This document shows, piece after piece, positions 11,095-22,176 of a stretch of DNA of 64,000 nt. The notes below the pieces were generated by a model that ran no database searches, was not told where the DNA came from, and saw nothing but the letters and a program-made list of their open reading frames with translations. Source of the stretch: an uncultured archaeon (GTDB lineage Archaea; Asgardarchaeota; Lokiarchaeia; Sigyniarchaeales; SOKP01). The position numbers and the translations under genes are program-made. The DNA lies in assembly GCA_964632315.1 (NCBI GenBank), contig CAZWEM010000017.1, positions 10,879 to 74,878 of the forward strand, given 5' to 3'. Position 1 is the stretch's first letter. Each line of letters starts with the position of its first letter.

Positions 11095-11817
11095 TTAAAC
11101 TGGCGATGAAATTATTATTTCATGGGAGTTGGGGTCGTCCAGAGGACGATTTATTTTTTGGGTTTGTATTAACCTAAACTGTTGATCTTGATGATCGCAC
11201 CCGGTCCATAGGGTACACCACGAAGCCAGGACTTCTTTGCCTGGGATCTTACAATTATCTTCTACTGGGACTGCACCAGCAGGCCATTGGTTACTATCTA
11301 ATGCTATTGGACAACTTTCATCCTTCAATTTGAAGCTTGCGGTCCAATAATCAACACAATCACACGGATTATCATCAGTGTTAGCCCATTCAATTAAAAC
11401 CTTGCCCTTGAATTCATTCTTTTGATCTAGATAAATATATCCACCTAGAGGTTCATAACCTCCAGTAATCTTAACTGTGACCCAGTATTTATCTAATACT
11501 GATTGAGTGAGACATAATGGTAAATAATCATCAACATAATAATTTTCAATTTCAATGGTACCTTGTGCTGTATCAAATTCTTCACAACCGCATTCGGCTA
11601 CAAACTCGACGAAATCGTCTTCTATTTGTTTCAATTCAGGATTTTCATTACCTGCTTGAAACGGGTATCCTATGAAGTCCCTATCAAAAACTTCATGAGG
11701 ATAGCCTCCAATGTCCCCAATTGCCAATGCAAAACCCACTAGAACTAACGAGATCAACATTAACAGAATTCCCGCAACGAGATAGTAAGGATTCTGGATA
11801 ATCTCATCATTTTTCAT
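11095..11817 (-). CDS. Hypothetical secreted/membrane-anchored Cys-rich acidic protein
   Basis: N-terminal TM (YYLVAGILLMLISLVLVGFALAIG), 9 Cys, no recognised family. Confidence 0.65.
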   Translation of the reverse strand: MKNDEIIQNPYYLVAGILLMLISLVLVGFALAIGDIGGYPHEVFDRDFIGYPFQAGNENPELKQIEDDFVEFVAECGCEEFDTAQGTIEIENYYVDDYLPLCLTQSVLDKYWVTVKITGGYEPLGGYIYLDQKNEFKGKVLIEWANTDDNPCDCVDYWTASFKLKDESCPIALDSNQWPAGAVPVEDNCKIPGKEVLASWCTLWTGCDHQDQQFRLIQTQKINRPLDDPNSHEIIISSPV

Positions 11818-12153
11818 AGGTTATCAATTTTTTTTACTAAACTTGGCTCATCACCTAGATATGAATTTCAATAGTTACTTTGATTTACATGAATATAAAT
11901 CTTATCCTCTATTTTCTAAATCGTAAAGTTATGTTTTTTGAGTGAAAAAGAAAGATTTGTATGGAAAAGTGAATGAAATCCATATTTCTTACCACAAAAG
12001 GAAGAATTAATAACATATAATCCTAATCAAGTTCTTATTTTTACCACAAATGAAATAATACCCAATACATAAATTATAAATTTCCAAATGCATGAATTAA
12101 ATGTAATCCATAATATGAAGTTATTAATATAAAAATAAGGTTAGTGGGTTGGG

Positions 12154-14253
12154 TTGAAATCAAAAGATATTGAGGAATTGGGCAAAAATAACTCAGTGAT
12201 TGACAAATATGTGAACATCGCGGATGGCATTCCTGAAAAAAATAGAACGAATTTTGGTGATGATGAAAATAACGAAGAAAAAAAGCTATTAGACGAAATG
12301 TTCCAAGAAAAATTGAAAAATAATTTGAAAGTATGTGTTACGCTTGATAAAAATTATTCTAATTTTTCTAAAGATTCGAGTATAGAGGATAGTTTGAAGA
12401 AAACGTTGCAAGCTTATTCGGGATTTACAATTGATGAAGAAGGACCAGATTCAACAAAGGTATATTATCAAGAGGATTTGAAAGATAAGGTTAATGTCAA
12501 TCTTAAAACAAGAGGCATTAAACCAACTCTTAAACCAATTACTAATGGAGATCAGAATAATAACCATTTACATAAAGAACCAGCTTTTCCAGATGTCAGA
12601 CAAAAGACTCCTACTCAACCAAAGATAGTCACAAGACCAATCAACAAAGGAGATCGGAATATAAATCGAAAATTTGAAAGTAAATCTTTTTCAAATGGAA
12701 ATGTAAAAACTCAACCAAAACCTATGAGAATATCGAAACCAGTTATTCAAGAAATATCAAAACCTAAACCAAAAGTTAAGGAACCTCCTTTTTCAGATGT
12801 TAGTGAAGTCATCCATCCTCGCCCTAAACCCATTAAAAAGCCAGAAGTTCAAGAAGCACCTAAATTTAAAGAAGAGAGTAAATTTAAACCTAAACTTGAG
12901 AAGTCTCCTTTTTCAAACTTGAGAGAAGTAATTCCCCCGAAGCCTCCTCTTAAAATTAAGGAAAAATTCCAAGAAAAAAAAAAAGATGAAATAAAGAAAA
13001 GCCATAAAGGATCAACTAAAACTTTTTTTTCAGAGGATATAGTGCAAAAGATACGATTCCTTTACCATAAAACGAATAGTTTTGAAAAGATTTTGGAAAA
13101 AAGAGATACAGAATATAACATGGATGATTTACAATTATTACACGAATATGCTAATTTTCTTAACGTCAATTATAAAAGCCAAAGTCAGATAAAGATCATA
13201 AAAGAGTTAGATATAAGCCCAACTTTTTACGATCCAATAGAAAAGAGAGAGATTCCTATTTGGGACTTAATGCTGGAGTGTGGGAGGATTTATTGTATTT
13301 TAGCTAAAGCGTATTCTCAGCTGTCAAAAAGATGCGAGAATCTGAATGATTTCAACAATGCTGTTAACAGAATGGTAAATTCAAGCAAAGCTTATAAAAC
13401 AGCAGCTTATTTTAGTGCTGCTAATACACGTCAGGAAGATATTGGCCAGTTTCTTTCTCCTGATAATCTTGAGCTTAAATCTGAAGAAGCAAGAATCATC
13501 GCTCAGAATCTAGCAATAAAAAAGAGTTCAGATGATCTCTTCCTTTCTTCTAAAATGTATGCAGGATTAGCAGCTTTATTAAATAGATTAAACTATTTGC
13601 AGAATTACCAAGCAGATAAAGAAGATCAAATGAAAGCTTTAGTTAACTATTATAAAGCCAAAAGTTGTCACTTAAAGGCAAAAGCAATGATTTGCTCCTC
13701 TAATAATAATGAGATATATGATAGTGATGATGTGATAAATCTTCAAAAAAAGGCAAATTATTACTTTTTAATTTGTGAAGAGATTTGGGAAAACATACTT
13801 AAAAACCATGAAGGCTTAAGTAAAAAGAGAGTTTTGGAGCTGAAGCGCTATTTAGCTACTGTTAATGAGGAGATAATGGAAAATGATGTTGAGATCATAA
13901 ATTCCAATCAAGCAGAAAAGATTCAAGACCCAGAACCATTTATCGCCATTCCAGAAAACATGTCATACTGCATCCCTAAATTCACAAGATTCCTTACTAA
14001 TTACCCAACTACCATAATTGAAAAGAAATCAATTGATTATGTAGATTCTGAACAATCAAATAAGAAAAATGAAATCAGGGCTTTAAGAGATCAGAAAGCA
14101 GGTATGGGAAGAACACTTAAACAGATAAAACAGCTTTATGAAAGCGGAGATATAGACATTCACCAGTTTTCTGAGCTTTACGAAAAATATTCCACAAGAA
14201 TTAGCTCTATTGAAACGAAAATAACAGAACTAAAAAACATTAGAGGATCATGA
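12154..14253 (+). CDS. Hypothetical protein: Pro/Lys-rich repeat region, helical (TPR-like) domain, C-terminal coiled coil
   Basis: 699-aa ORF from TTG; low-complexity PK-rich N-half; amphipathic helices and heptads in C-half; start uncertain. Confidence 0.75.
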   Translation: MKSKDIEELGKNNSVIDKYVNIADGIPEKNRTNFGDDENNEEKKLLDEMFQEKLKNNLKVCVTLDKNYSNFSKDSSIEDSLKKTLQAYSGFTIDEEGPDSTKVYYQEDLKDKVNVNLKTRGIKPTLKPITNGDQNNNHLHKEPAFPDVRQKTPTQPKIVTRPINKGDRNINRKFESKSFSNGNVKTQPKPMRISKPVIQEISKPKPKVKEPPFSDVSEVIHPRPKPIKKPEVQEAPKFKEESKFKPKLEKSPFSNLREVIPPKPPLKIKEKFQEKKKDEIKKSHKGSTKTFFSEDIVQKIRFLYHKTNSFEKILEKRDTEYNMDDLQLLHEYANFLNVNYKSQSQIKIIKELDISPTFYDPIEKREIPIWDLMLECGRIYCILAKAYSQLSKRCENLNDFNNAVNRMVNSSKAYKTAAYFSAANTRQEDIGQFLSPDNLELKSEEARIIAQNLAIKKSSDDLFLSSKMYAGLAALLNRLNYLQNYQADKEDQMKALVNYYKAKSCHLKAKAMICSSNNNEIYDSDDVINLQKKANYYFLICEEIWENILKNHEGLSKKRVLELKRYLATVNEEIMENDVEIINSNQAEKIQDPEPFIAIPENMSYCIPKFTRFLTNYPTTIIEKKSIDYVDSEQSNKKNEIRALRDQKAGMGRTLKQIKQLYESGDIDIHQFSELYEKYSTRISSIETKITELKNIRGS

Positions 14254-14266
14254 GATTAGTTTTACC

Positions 14267-14830
14267 ATGAAAATAACCGAACTCTTTGAGGAAATGGGAA
14301 AATATATCTTCATTTTTATCAAGAAATATTGGTTTTATTTGAGTTTATTTTTTGTCATTATCATGTTTTTCGTCAACAGTATTGCCTCAATAGTTTCTAT
14401 TTCCGTATTTGCCGTTGGGTTGATTATCTACTATCTAATTACCTCCAATTTAAAATATAAACTGCTTAGATACATGAAAGAATATGATTTAATCGAAGAT
14501 ATCCAAATCTCAGAAGATTTGACAATACCTTTAAAAATAGTTCGAGAAGCGATGAAATCTATCGCTAAGAGACAGAAAAGGAAAGACTGGCTCATTGCCG
14601 TAATAAATAATAGATGCGTGTTCTATAACTCGATTTTTATTACAAAATTCAGAGATCTCTATAACGAAGGATTAAATGAAAAAAGCATCTTTAATGTCAT
14701 TACTGAAACTTATTCAATTCGATCGAGAGCAGAAATCAAAGCAATCGAGGACATTCTAATTAACGAGAATAAGATTGATGAAAGGGACTTTTCTGTAATA
14801 AAATTGCTTACTTTTGAATCCAAATTATAA
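14267..14830 (+). CDS. Hypothetical membrane protein (2 TM plus possible winged-helix domain)
   Basis: Two N-terminal hydrophobic helices; IQISEDLTIPLKIVREAM resembles an HTH; 13 nt after previous gene. Confidence 0.7.
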   Translation: MKITELFEEMGKYIFIFIKKYWFYLSLFFVIIMFFVNSIASIVSISVFAVGLIIYYLITSNLKYKLLRYMKEYDLIEDIQISEDLTIPLKIVREAMKSIAKRQKRKDWLIAVINNRCVFYNSIFITKFRDLYNEGLNEKSIFNVITETYSIRSRAEIKAIEDILINENKIDERDFSVIKLLTFESKL

Positions 14831-14842
14831 GTTTTAGGACTA

Positions 14843-15979
14843 TTAATCCTTTTTAAGTTCTTTAAACTGTAACAAAATCTTTTTCTGTTCTTCTGTAATA
14901 TTCTTTGGAATAATTACACTTACGATAACATATTGATCTCCTTTCCCTTTACCTTGAAGATAAGCTACACCATGGTTTTTAATTCTAAATTCAGTGCCAT
15001 GTTGTGTTCCAGGGGGAATTGTTAGTTCTCTCGTTTTTATCTTACTATTTTTATGATCGAGGGTAGGAACACTCACCTTTCCACCCAAAATTGCGGTCAC
15101 AAAATCAATTTCTAAGGGAGTGTATAGATCATTTCCTCTTCTAATGAAATTTTCATTTGGATTTACTCGTATTCCTAAGATTAAATCTCCTGGTATTGCA
15201 TTGGTCGTTGGGATGTGGCCTGCTCCTTGGACTCTTAAATGTACACCGTTTTCAACTCCTGCTGGAATAGTGACATGAATGGTTTTAGACTCAGGAACGA
15301 CTTTATTTCCATTGCAAACCTTACATTTTTTAGTAATGATTTTACCTGTTCCTCCACAAGCAGAACAATTTGCAGTTCGAATGATCGTGCTAAATCCTTG
15401 ACGATTCATGGTTCGAACTTGTCCACTTCCATCACAAGTAGGACATGTTTTTACACTGGATGGATCTTCTGCTCCGGTTCCTTCACATTCATCACACGGG
15501 GTATATCGACGTATTTTAATTTCCCTTTTAACCCCAAACATCGCTTCTTCAAAACTAATTTCTATATGCTCATCGATATCTTGTCCAACTTCTCTCCTTG
15601 GTGCTGATCTTCGTGCCCTTGAACCTCCACCAAAGAAACTTCCGAATCCAAAATCATTATCTCCAAAAATACCTCCACCGAATATTGATCGCAATAATTC
15701 ATCAATTCCCGGGATACCACCACGGAAAAAGTCACTCATATCGACATCAACTCCACTAAAACCATATCGATCGTAATTGGAACGCTTATTTGAGTCACTT
15801 AAGACCTCATATGCTTCTTGGAGTTCAATGAACTTTTCCTTTGCTTTTGGATCCGTTTTGTTTAAATCAGGATGTAGTTTTCTAGCTAATCGACGGTAAG
15901 CTAGTTTAATGTCATTCTCCGAAGCATCCTTGCTTACCCCTAATACCTCGTAGTAATCCCTTTTTTGTCCAGAATTCAT
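14843..15979 (-). CDS. dnaJ: Chaperone DnaJ
   Basis: J-domain DYYEVLGV...HPD, G/F-rich linker, four CxxCxGxG-type zinc motifs, C-terminal domain. Confidence 0.97.
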   Translation of the reverse strand: MNSGQKRDYYEVLGVSKDASENDIKLAYRRLARKLHPDLNKTDPKAKEKFIELQEAYEVLSDSNKRSNYDRYGFSGVDVDMSDFFRGGIPGIDELLRSIFGGGIFGDNDFGFGSFFGGGSRARRSAPRREVGQDIDEHIEISFEEAMFGVKREIKIRRYTPCDECEGTGAEDPSSVKTCPTCDGSGQVRTMNRQGFSTIIRTANCSACGGTGKIITKKCKVCNGNKVVPESKTIHVTIPAGVENGVHLRVQGAGHIPTTNAIPGDLILGIRVNPNENFIRRGNDLYTPLEIDFVTAILGGKVSVPTLDHKNSKIKTRELTIPPGTQHGTEFRIKNHGVAYLQGKGKGDQYVIVSVIIPKNITEEQKKILLQFKELKKD

Positions 15980-16166
15980 GCCTTGTCAACATTTAATTTT
16001 TAATAGCTATTCTAGTTTTCTAGCAATTTATTAAAATTATTTGTAAAATTTTAATTTTTAGGTTATTGCGTGTTAAATGAGATTCCTTTGTCATATCAGT
16101 GAATTTATCAATCTCTGTAAAAAATAGATAATTTAATGGACAAAAATTGTAAAATAAAGACTTCTT

Positions 16167-17153
16167 TTATTTTTTAAAAATTTTGTCTAAAATTTTAGGA
16201 GGCTTAAAGTGCTGTTCTAACTTTAAAGGAGGAAGAGTCAGTTTCCGAAATAATGATCCAATAAAATTGTGTAATTCATTCCTCAATCCTAAGTTGCCTT
16301 CAATATGATTCTCGATAAACTGTTCCACTTTTAAGATAAAAATTTCCTTGTCATAATCATCATTAAAATTCATTGAATTAATCTTTCCCAGGTCAAGCGG
16401 TTTCAATTTTTTGGAGATTAGTTCAAACATTAATTTTAAAAAAGCTTTCCTAATTACCCCCTCATCTTTACTATTTAGCTCATAATTGTCATTTGTTGAC
16501 TCAAGTTTTAATTCTTCGACTTTAATCATTGTTTCTTTAAGATCTTCGGATAAATCTAATGATTCAATTTTATAATTCATTCCTTGGGTATTTGTCCATT
16601 CATTCAGTTCTTCACAATATTTATCGAAGTTAGAACAAAACCGTATTAAAAATTTAAATGAATCTATTGAAAAATCACTCATCCATCTTTTATACAGGTT
16701 GCCCCATCTATGGAGCTTTAACTCACTTAAAGCATCAATTATTTCATTCTTGATTGAGTTAAGGTATTTCTCATCATATGTTATTATCTCATCAAACGGT
16801 TTGTCAAGCGATTCTACCTCATATTTAAACCACCTTTGGTTCTCTTTGAACTCCTTCAAGTGGAAAAAAGAACTATCTCCATTTAATAATACTTTTTTAC
16901 TGACTTCTGCTGCAAATCTTAAAATATAATGGCACTTCGGACAGCTGGTTATCCAAGATTTTCGGATTAATTGTTTTGGTTCCAAATTTCCATTCGTTTC
17001 ATTATGCTTTAAAATTCTCAAATTCAAACCATTAATTTCAGATTCATAGTCATTTTTTTCTAAGTGATAATAAGTCGGGATAAACTTGTTATTGCATACC
17101 GGGCACTTTATCTTATCTGCACTCTTGTAGATTGAGGGTTTCATGGTGATCAT
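16167..17153 (-). CDS. Hypothetical protein with N-terminal split zinc-binding motif
   Basis: CPVC ... CPKC; helical C-terminus; 328-aa ORF. Confidence 0.65.
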   Translation of the reverse strand: MITMKPSIYKSADKIKCPVCNNKFIPTYYHLEKNDYESEINGLNLRILKHNETNGNLEPKQLIRKSWITSCPKCHYILRFAAEVSKKVLLNGDSSFFHLKEFKENQRWFKYEVESLDKPFDEIITYDEKYLNSIKNEIIDALSELKLHRWGNLYKRWMSDFSIDSFKFLIRFCSNFDKYCEELNEWTNTQGMNYKIESLDLSEDLKETMIKVEELKLESTNDNYELNSKDEGVIRKAFLKLMFELISKKLKPLDLGKINSMNFNDDYDKEIFILKVEQFIENHIEGNLGLRNELHNFIGSLFRKLTLPPLKLEQHFKPPKILDKIFKK

Positions 17154-17531
17154 ATTTACATGTGTTTCAAAGATCTTTAGGTTTAGAAATGATTAAAGAC
17201 TTAGCATTATTAGAAAAAAGTACTATTACATGAAGCTTTAATTTTTATTTGAAAATTGATTTGCATTTTAATTAATATAGTAAAAACCTCGTTCTTTTTG
17301 GCTATTTGGAGTAAAGATTGAATTCTTGATGGAATATAAAGTTTCTTCTAGTTGTACTCTTAAACTACGTTTCATTTATGGAATACATACATCATATTAA
17401 TGAGAAAGGTTTTTATAAAGTTGAACAGATGCTTAATTAGATATTTTTAGTAAGCTTAGTAGTGCAATAAATAAATTTTATATTTTTTAATATTAGGCAA
17501 TGTATTTTATTGCTTAAGATATAGAAAAATC

Positions 17532-18233
17532 ATGAATTTCGAGTTTAGAATATTTACAATATCAATCGTAGGATCCTTAGGTGTAATTTTAATCATTTTT
17601 AGCATTCGAATTTTTCGAAATACTAGATACTCCTCAAATCGAAGAGTCTATTTTGGAGGAGGTTTTTTATCGTATGGTATTGCTGGTAGCCTTAATGTCA
17701 TATATTACTTAATTAAGATAGGCAATGTAGATTTAATATTTTATTCCTTGACAACTTCTTTCCAACTATTTGGAGCAACGCTATTTAATTTTTTTCTGGT
17801 TTCTCTTTTCTCTCCAAAATTCTACAGGAATATTAAATTACAATATACGCTAATGTTAATAATAACGTTAGTTCTATTCTTTACGATGATCCCGATGGTT
17901 TTTTTCTTTGTAGAGATGGATCCATCAACCGACTGGCATCCCGTATATGAGATTGAATTTAGTTTGTATTATATGGGGATCATACTAATTTTATCTATTT
18001 TTGCTCTCTATAATTCGGTAAAATCATATCGTAATTTAACTGAACAGAAAGCAAAAAAGAAATGGAAATTATTTTCAATTGGATTGATTGGTGGGATTTT
18101 AACATTAGCCATACCATCATTAGTTTACTACTTACCTCCCGAGAACATAATACGAATTAATTTTAATTTTGGTTATTTTTTACTGATTCCGTTCGTATTG
18201 TTAATTTATCTCGGACTTAGAAATAAAAATTAA
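17532..18233 (+). CDS. Stand-alone 7-TM membrane protein (HisKA_7TM-like topology)
   Basis: Seven hydrophobic segments, polar loop EMDPSTDWHPVYE after TM4, basic loop KAKKKWK before TM6; no output domain. Confidence 0.7.
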   Translation: MNFEFRIFTISIVGSLGVILIIFSIRIFRNTRYSSNRRVYFGGGFLSYGIAGSLNVIYYLIKIGNVDLIFYSLTTSFQLFGATLFNFFLVSLFSPKFYRNIKLQYTLMLIITLVLFFTMIPMVFFFVEMDPSTDWHPVYEIEFSLYYMGIILILSIFALYNSVKSYRNLTEQKAKKKWKLFSIGLIGGILTLAIPSLVYYLPPENIIRINFNFGYFLLIPFVLLIYLGLRNKN

Positions 18234-18423
18234 AAAAACAAGAAAAAATTATAGTAAAAAAATGGGACGTTAAAGACAACCAAGATTATATGAATGCTCT
18301 AAACTCTAAGACTGTTCAAATTCTCGAATTGAATTAAATTTTCCACCGCTTTACTTATTCAAGAACCCCTAGTTATTTAAGTATAATTGTATTCTTACTT
18401 ATTATAAGCCATAATTTCTTACT

Positions 18424-18984
18424 ATGTATAAATGTCCGTATGAGAGAAAATGTCAATTTAAAACAGCGGCTTTAGGTTGCCTGTTCGCTGAGGAGTTTGC
18501 CTTAGCTAACATTCATAAGGATAACACACGAGTTAAAAAGTTACTTAAACAGTGTTGCCCTCAAGTGCGCACTGAAATTAGCAAACATGAAGAGAGAGTA
18601 AAAGAAAACACTAAATTTGCCTTAGATTTTTTGAAGAATGGTAGAATTGGAGAAAAAGCATACTGTACGGCGGATATTTCACCTGTCATTCTTATAAGCC
18701 TTCCCGATTATGAGTTTGGGGATTGTGAGTATATGGCCTCTGATGGAGTTGTAAGAAAAGCACCTTTATTTTGTTTTAATGTCATTTCAAAAAGTGAAAA
18801 GTATTTGGATTTTCAAACTAATGATGTTGACTTTTTAGATTCCATTGAACTTATAGTACATCGAATAGGGGCTCGAACTGAAAGAACAACTTCAGATAAC
18901 AAAATCAAAATTCGAATTTTTCACAATAATACAAAATTAGTCCGAAAATTAATTTCAAAACAAAAAAAAGAGCAAAAAAAATAA
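18424..18984 (+). CDS. Hypothetical Cys-rich basic protein
   Basis: 186-aa ORF, 8 Cys mostly in the N-terminal two-thirds; no family recognised. Confidence 0.6.
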   Translation: MYKCPYERKCQFKTAALGCLFAEEFALANIHKDNTRVKKLLKQCCPQVRTEISKHEERVKENTKFALDFLKNGRIGEKAYCTADISPVILISLPDYEFGDCEYMASDGVVRKAPLFCFNVISKSEKYLDFQTNDVDFLDSIELIVHRIGARTERTTSDNKIKIRIFHNNTKLVRKLISKQKKEQKK

Positions 18985-19029
18985 TAAAAATAGTAAGAGT
19001 GTATAGGTAAATAAGAATTCTAAGAGAGT

Positions 19030-21051
19030 TTATTCTTCATCATCATCAGAATCCTCGTCCCACTCCACGTCCACGACTTTCTTCTTTTTATCTTTCTCAT
19101 CCTTCTCGGATTTATATGATGCTCCGCCTGCTCCAGTTCCTGCTTGCCCAGTAGCTCCTGGTGGGACACCACCCATTCCTCCTGGAGGTGCTCCTCCCAT
19201 TCCAGATGCAGCTCTTTGTGCTTGTTCTGCAGCTTGTTGATATACTTGATCTTGTGATTGAGATTGATAGATTCTCTGAGAGAAGCTGTACATAGATTTT
19301 TGAAGGTTTTCAATACCAAGTTTTATCCTTTGAACATCATCGGTTTTAATGTCTTCTTCTAAACTCTTGATTGCGGCTTCAATTTGCGATTTCTCATCTT
19401 CCTGGATTTTATCCTTGTTATCCTCGATCAATTTCCTGGTTTGGTAAATCATAGAATCTGCTTGGTTCTTTACCTCAATGAGTTCTCTAACTTTCTTATC
19501 TTCATCTTCAAATTGTTCAGCATCTCTGACTTTTTGTTTGATTTCATCTTCTGTTAATCCTTTTGCTCCAGTCACAGTAATTCCAGTTTCTTTTCCAGTT
19601 CCTAAATCTTTCGCGGTGACATGAACTATTCCATCGGCATCAATTGAAAATTTAACTTCGATTTGTGGTATTCCACGTGGTGCCGGAGGGATCCCGGTTA
19701 AATGGAACATTCCTAAAGAAATATTATCCTTTGCCATTGCTCTTTCTCCTTGGAGGACGTTGATCGTTACTGCTGGTTGATTATCTGCTGCGGTACTAAA
19801 AATTTGTTGTTTTTCCGTAGGAATTGTTGTATTACGTTCAATTAATTTCGTAAATACTCCACCTAATGTTTCTACACCTAAGGAGAGCGGCGTCACATCG
19901 AGTAGAAGTAAATCCTCCACATCCCCTGCGATGATTCCACCTTGAATTGCAGCTCCAATCGCCACACATTCCATGGGATCCACAGAATGTTCGGGTTCCT
20001 TTCCAAAGAATTTTTTAAAGCGTTCTTGAACAGATGGCATTCTTGTAGGGCCACCCACTAAGATAACTTTATCAACATTTGTAGGGGCCATCTTTGCATC
20101 TCGAACTGCTCGATCCATTATGGGATCTAGTCGTCTTAAGGTTGGTTCAATAAGTTGCTCCAACTTCGCACGAGTTAATTCCACTTCCAAATGTAGTGGA
20201 TTTCCTTCTTTTTGGGTAATGTAAGGTAAATTTATTTGAGTTGAAAGCGTGGTGGAAAGCTCGATTTTTGCTCTTTCCGCTCCATCTTTCAAGCGAATCA
20301 TTGCTTTATTATCGTTGCTAAGATCGACTCCTTCCTTTTTCTTGAAGTCTTCAACCAACCAATCAATAATGGCGTTGTCCATATCGGTACCACCAAGCTG
20401 GGTATCTCCAGCAGTAGAGAGTACCTCCACGACACCCTCCCCATATTCCATAAGCGTAACATCAAATGTTCCTCCGCCCAAATCTAATACAACGATTTTA
20501 AGGAGTTTATTCTTAGTATCCTTATCTAAACCATACGCTAAACAAGCAGCGGTAGGCTCATTTATCATTCGTACTACCTCTAATCCTGCAATTTCTCCTG
20601 CGTTCTTGGTCGAGGTTCTTTGAGCGTCATTGAAATATGCGGGCACCGTTATGACTGCTTTTTTTACTTCTTCTCCTAAATATGCTGATGCATCGTTCTT
20701 GATTTTTTTAAGGATCATCGCAGAAATCTCTTCTGGAGTAAACTCTTTCTGCTCTTTTCCGACTTGTACTTTTGCTTTGTATGAGGTCCCCATTTTTCTT
20801 TTAATAGCATAAACAGTGCCATCGGGATTTGAGACTGCTTGGCGTCTTGCGGGCTCACCAACAATTTTTCTCCCATTTTCATCGAATGCTACATACGAAG
20901 GAAATGCTTTTCCTCCTAATGTACGACCTTCAGCAGCTGGGATTATCTCTGGTTTACCCGTAGCAGATAGAACTGCACACGCACTATTGCTCGTGCCCAA
21001 ATCTATGCCAAGTATGCGTTCTTTTCTTTTAGTTTTAGTTTCTTCACTCAT
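19030..21051 (-). CDS. dnaK: Chaperone DnaK (Hsp70)
   Basis: [49 protein letters not shown] motifs. Confidence 0.98.
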   Translation of the reverse strand: MSEETKTKRKERILGIDLGTSNSACAVLSATGKPEIIPAAEGRTLGGKAFPSYVAFDENGRKIVGEPARRQAVSNPDGTVYAIKRKMGTSYKAKVQVGKEQKEFTPEEISAMILKKIKNDASAYLGEEVKKAVITVPAYFNDAQRTSTKNAGEIAGLEVVRMINEPTAACLAYGLDKDTKNKLLKIVVLDLGGGTFDVTLMEYGEGVVEVLSTAGDTQLGGTDMDNAIIDWLVEDFKKKEGVDLSNDNKAMIRLKDGAERAKIELSTTLSTQINLPYITQKEGNPLHLEVELTRAKLEQLIEPTLRRLDPIMDRAVRDAKMAPTNVDKVILVGGPTRMPSVQERFKKFFGKEPEHSVDPMECVAIGAAIQGGIIAGDVEDLLLLDVTPLSLGVETLGGVFTKLIERNTTIPTEKQQIFSTAADNQPAVTINVLQGERAMAKDNISLGMFHLTGIPPAPRGIPQIEVKFSIDADGIVHVTAKDLGTGKETGITVTGAKGLTEDEIKQKVRDAEQFEDEDKKVRELIEVKNQADSMIYQTRKLIEDNKDKIQEDEKSQIEAAIKSLEEDIKTDDVQRIKLGIENLQKSMYSFSQRIYQSQSQDQVYQQAAEQAQRAASGMGGAPPGGMGGVPPGATGQAGTGAGGASYKSEKDEKDKKKKVVDVEWDEDSDDDEE

Positions 21052-21109
21052 GATATTTCTTCACTATTATTGTAATAAGGATTTGTTTATCAATTAATAT
21101 TTTACTTGA

Positions 21110-21155
21110 TTTTAATTAATTAAAACCAAGCTTTAAATTTTTTTCTTTATAAAGA
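21110..21155. promoter_or_regulatory. Candidate bidirectional promoter/operator between divergent dnaK and grpE
   Basis: Perfect palindrome TCTTTATAAAGA (21144-21155, TATA-like on both strands) near the midpoint of the spacer; 16-bp palindrome TTTTAATTAATTAAAA at 21110-21125. Confidence 0.4.
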
Positions 21156-21241
21156 TCTATAAATCACAAAAATTTTATTTTAAGATAATTTATTTCAATT
21201 ACTCTATTAAATACAAATTTGACTTTTAAATTTTTGATATC

Positions 21242-22012
21242 ATGACTGCGAAAAAAGAAGAAAATGAAACTAAAACTCAGAGTAAAGAAAGTAAAGAAAA
21301 ACCTCCCAAAGATCAAGCTTTGCAATCTTTAGGAAAAAATGAGGTAAAACAATTAGAAGGAGAAGAACCAGGCAAATTAGAGTACTTTTCCAAGGATGAA
21401 TTAGTCCAGAATCTGGCAAAATTTGAAGTCGAATTGAAGGCTCTAAAAGAAAAATATGATTCAGTAGAGCAGGAAAAGAATTCATGGAAAAATAAGTACA
21501 CTCGCTTACAGGCTGAATTTGAAAACACTGAAAAAAGATGGAATAAGAGTCGGCAAAATTTGAGGTTAGAATACACTGCTTCTACTATAAAGATGTTCCT
21601 ACCGCTTTATGATTCCTTCAAGAAAGCGTTAGAGCATCAAGATGAAAATAACAAGATTCTTAAGGGTTTTTACGATCAATTCATGAATATCTTAAAATCT
21701 CACAAGGCACATCCTATTGAAGTAAAAGTAAACGATCCTTTTGATTATAACTATCACGAGGCGCTAAGTTCAATCGAGAAAGAAGATGCTCCAGAAAACA
21801 CCATTTTAGATATTATTCAAGATGGTTGGAAATTGGATAATGAAGTAATTCGATATACTAAAGTGATAATTTCTAAAAAACCAAAACCACCAGAGCCAAA
21901 ACCAAAGCCAGAGTCAGAAAAAAAGACGAAAGAAGAAAAAGAGACGAAAGAAGAACTAGTTTCAGAAAAAGAAGAAGAATCTAATTCAAGCGATGCAGAT
22001 TCAGAAGAATAA
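21242..22012 (+). CDS. grpE: Nucleotide exchange factor GrpE
   Basis: RLQAEFEN..KR, FLPLYDSF..AL, FDYNYHEAL, IIQDGWKL...VIR..KV motifs; next to dnaK. Confidence 0.93.
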   Translation: MTAKKEENETKTQSKESKEKPPKDQALQSLGKNEVKQLEGEEPGKLEYFSKDELVQNLAKFEVELKALKEKYDSVEQEKNSWKNKYTRLQAEFENTEKRWNKSRQNLRLEYTASTIKMFLPLYDSFKKALEHQDENNKILKGFYDQFMNILKSHKAHPIEVKVNDPFDYNYHEALSSIEKEDAPENTILDIIQDGWKLDNEVIRYTKVIISKKPKPPEPKPKPESEKKTKEEKETKEELVSEKEEESNSSDADSEE

Positions 22013-22038
22013 GCTATTAAACGCTAATTTTTGACATA

Positions 22039-22075
22039 ATGAAGTTCACTTCATGATTTCTCCTTTATTTTTTCT
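22039..22075 (+). terminator. Possible terminator downstream of grpE
   Basis: Hairpin ATGAAG-TTCA-CTTCAT (22039-22054) followed by a T-rich tract. Confidence 0.3.
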
Positions 22076-22176
22076 TGAACTTTAAATATCTTAAAGACAT
22101 CAACGATATTTGCATTAAAACTCATAATGAGAACATCCAAAGCTAAAGATATCGATGTCTCCAGCATGTTTCACGC

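Noticed and set aside
15239-21576. Alternate-frame/antisense ORFs over dnaJ, dnaK and grpE (e.g. 15239-15607, 15408-15776, 19020-19319, 20249-21097, 21270-21576)
   Set aside because: They overlap well-supported genes and have no motifs; typical shadow ORFs
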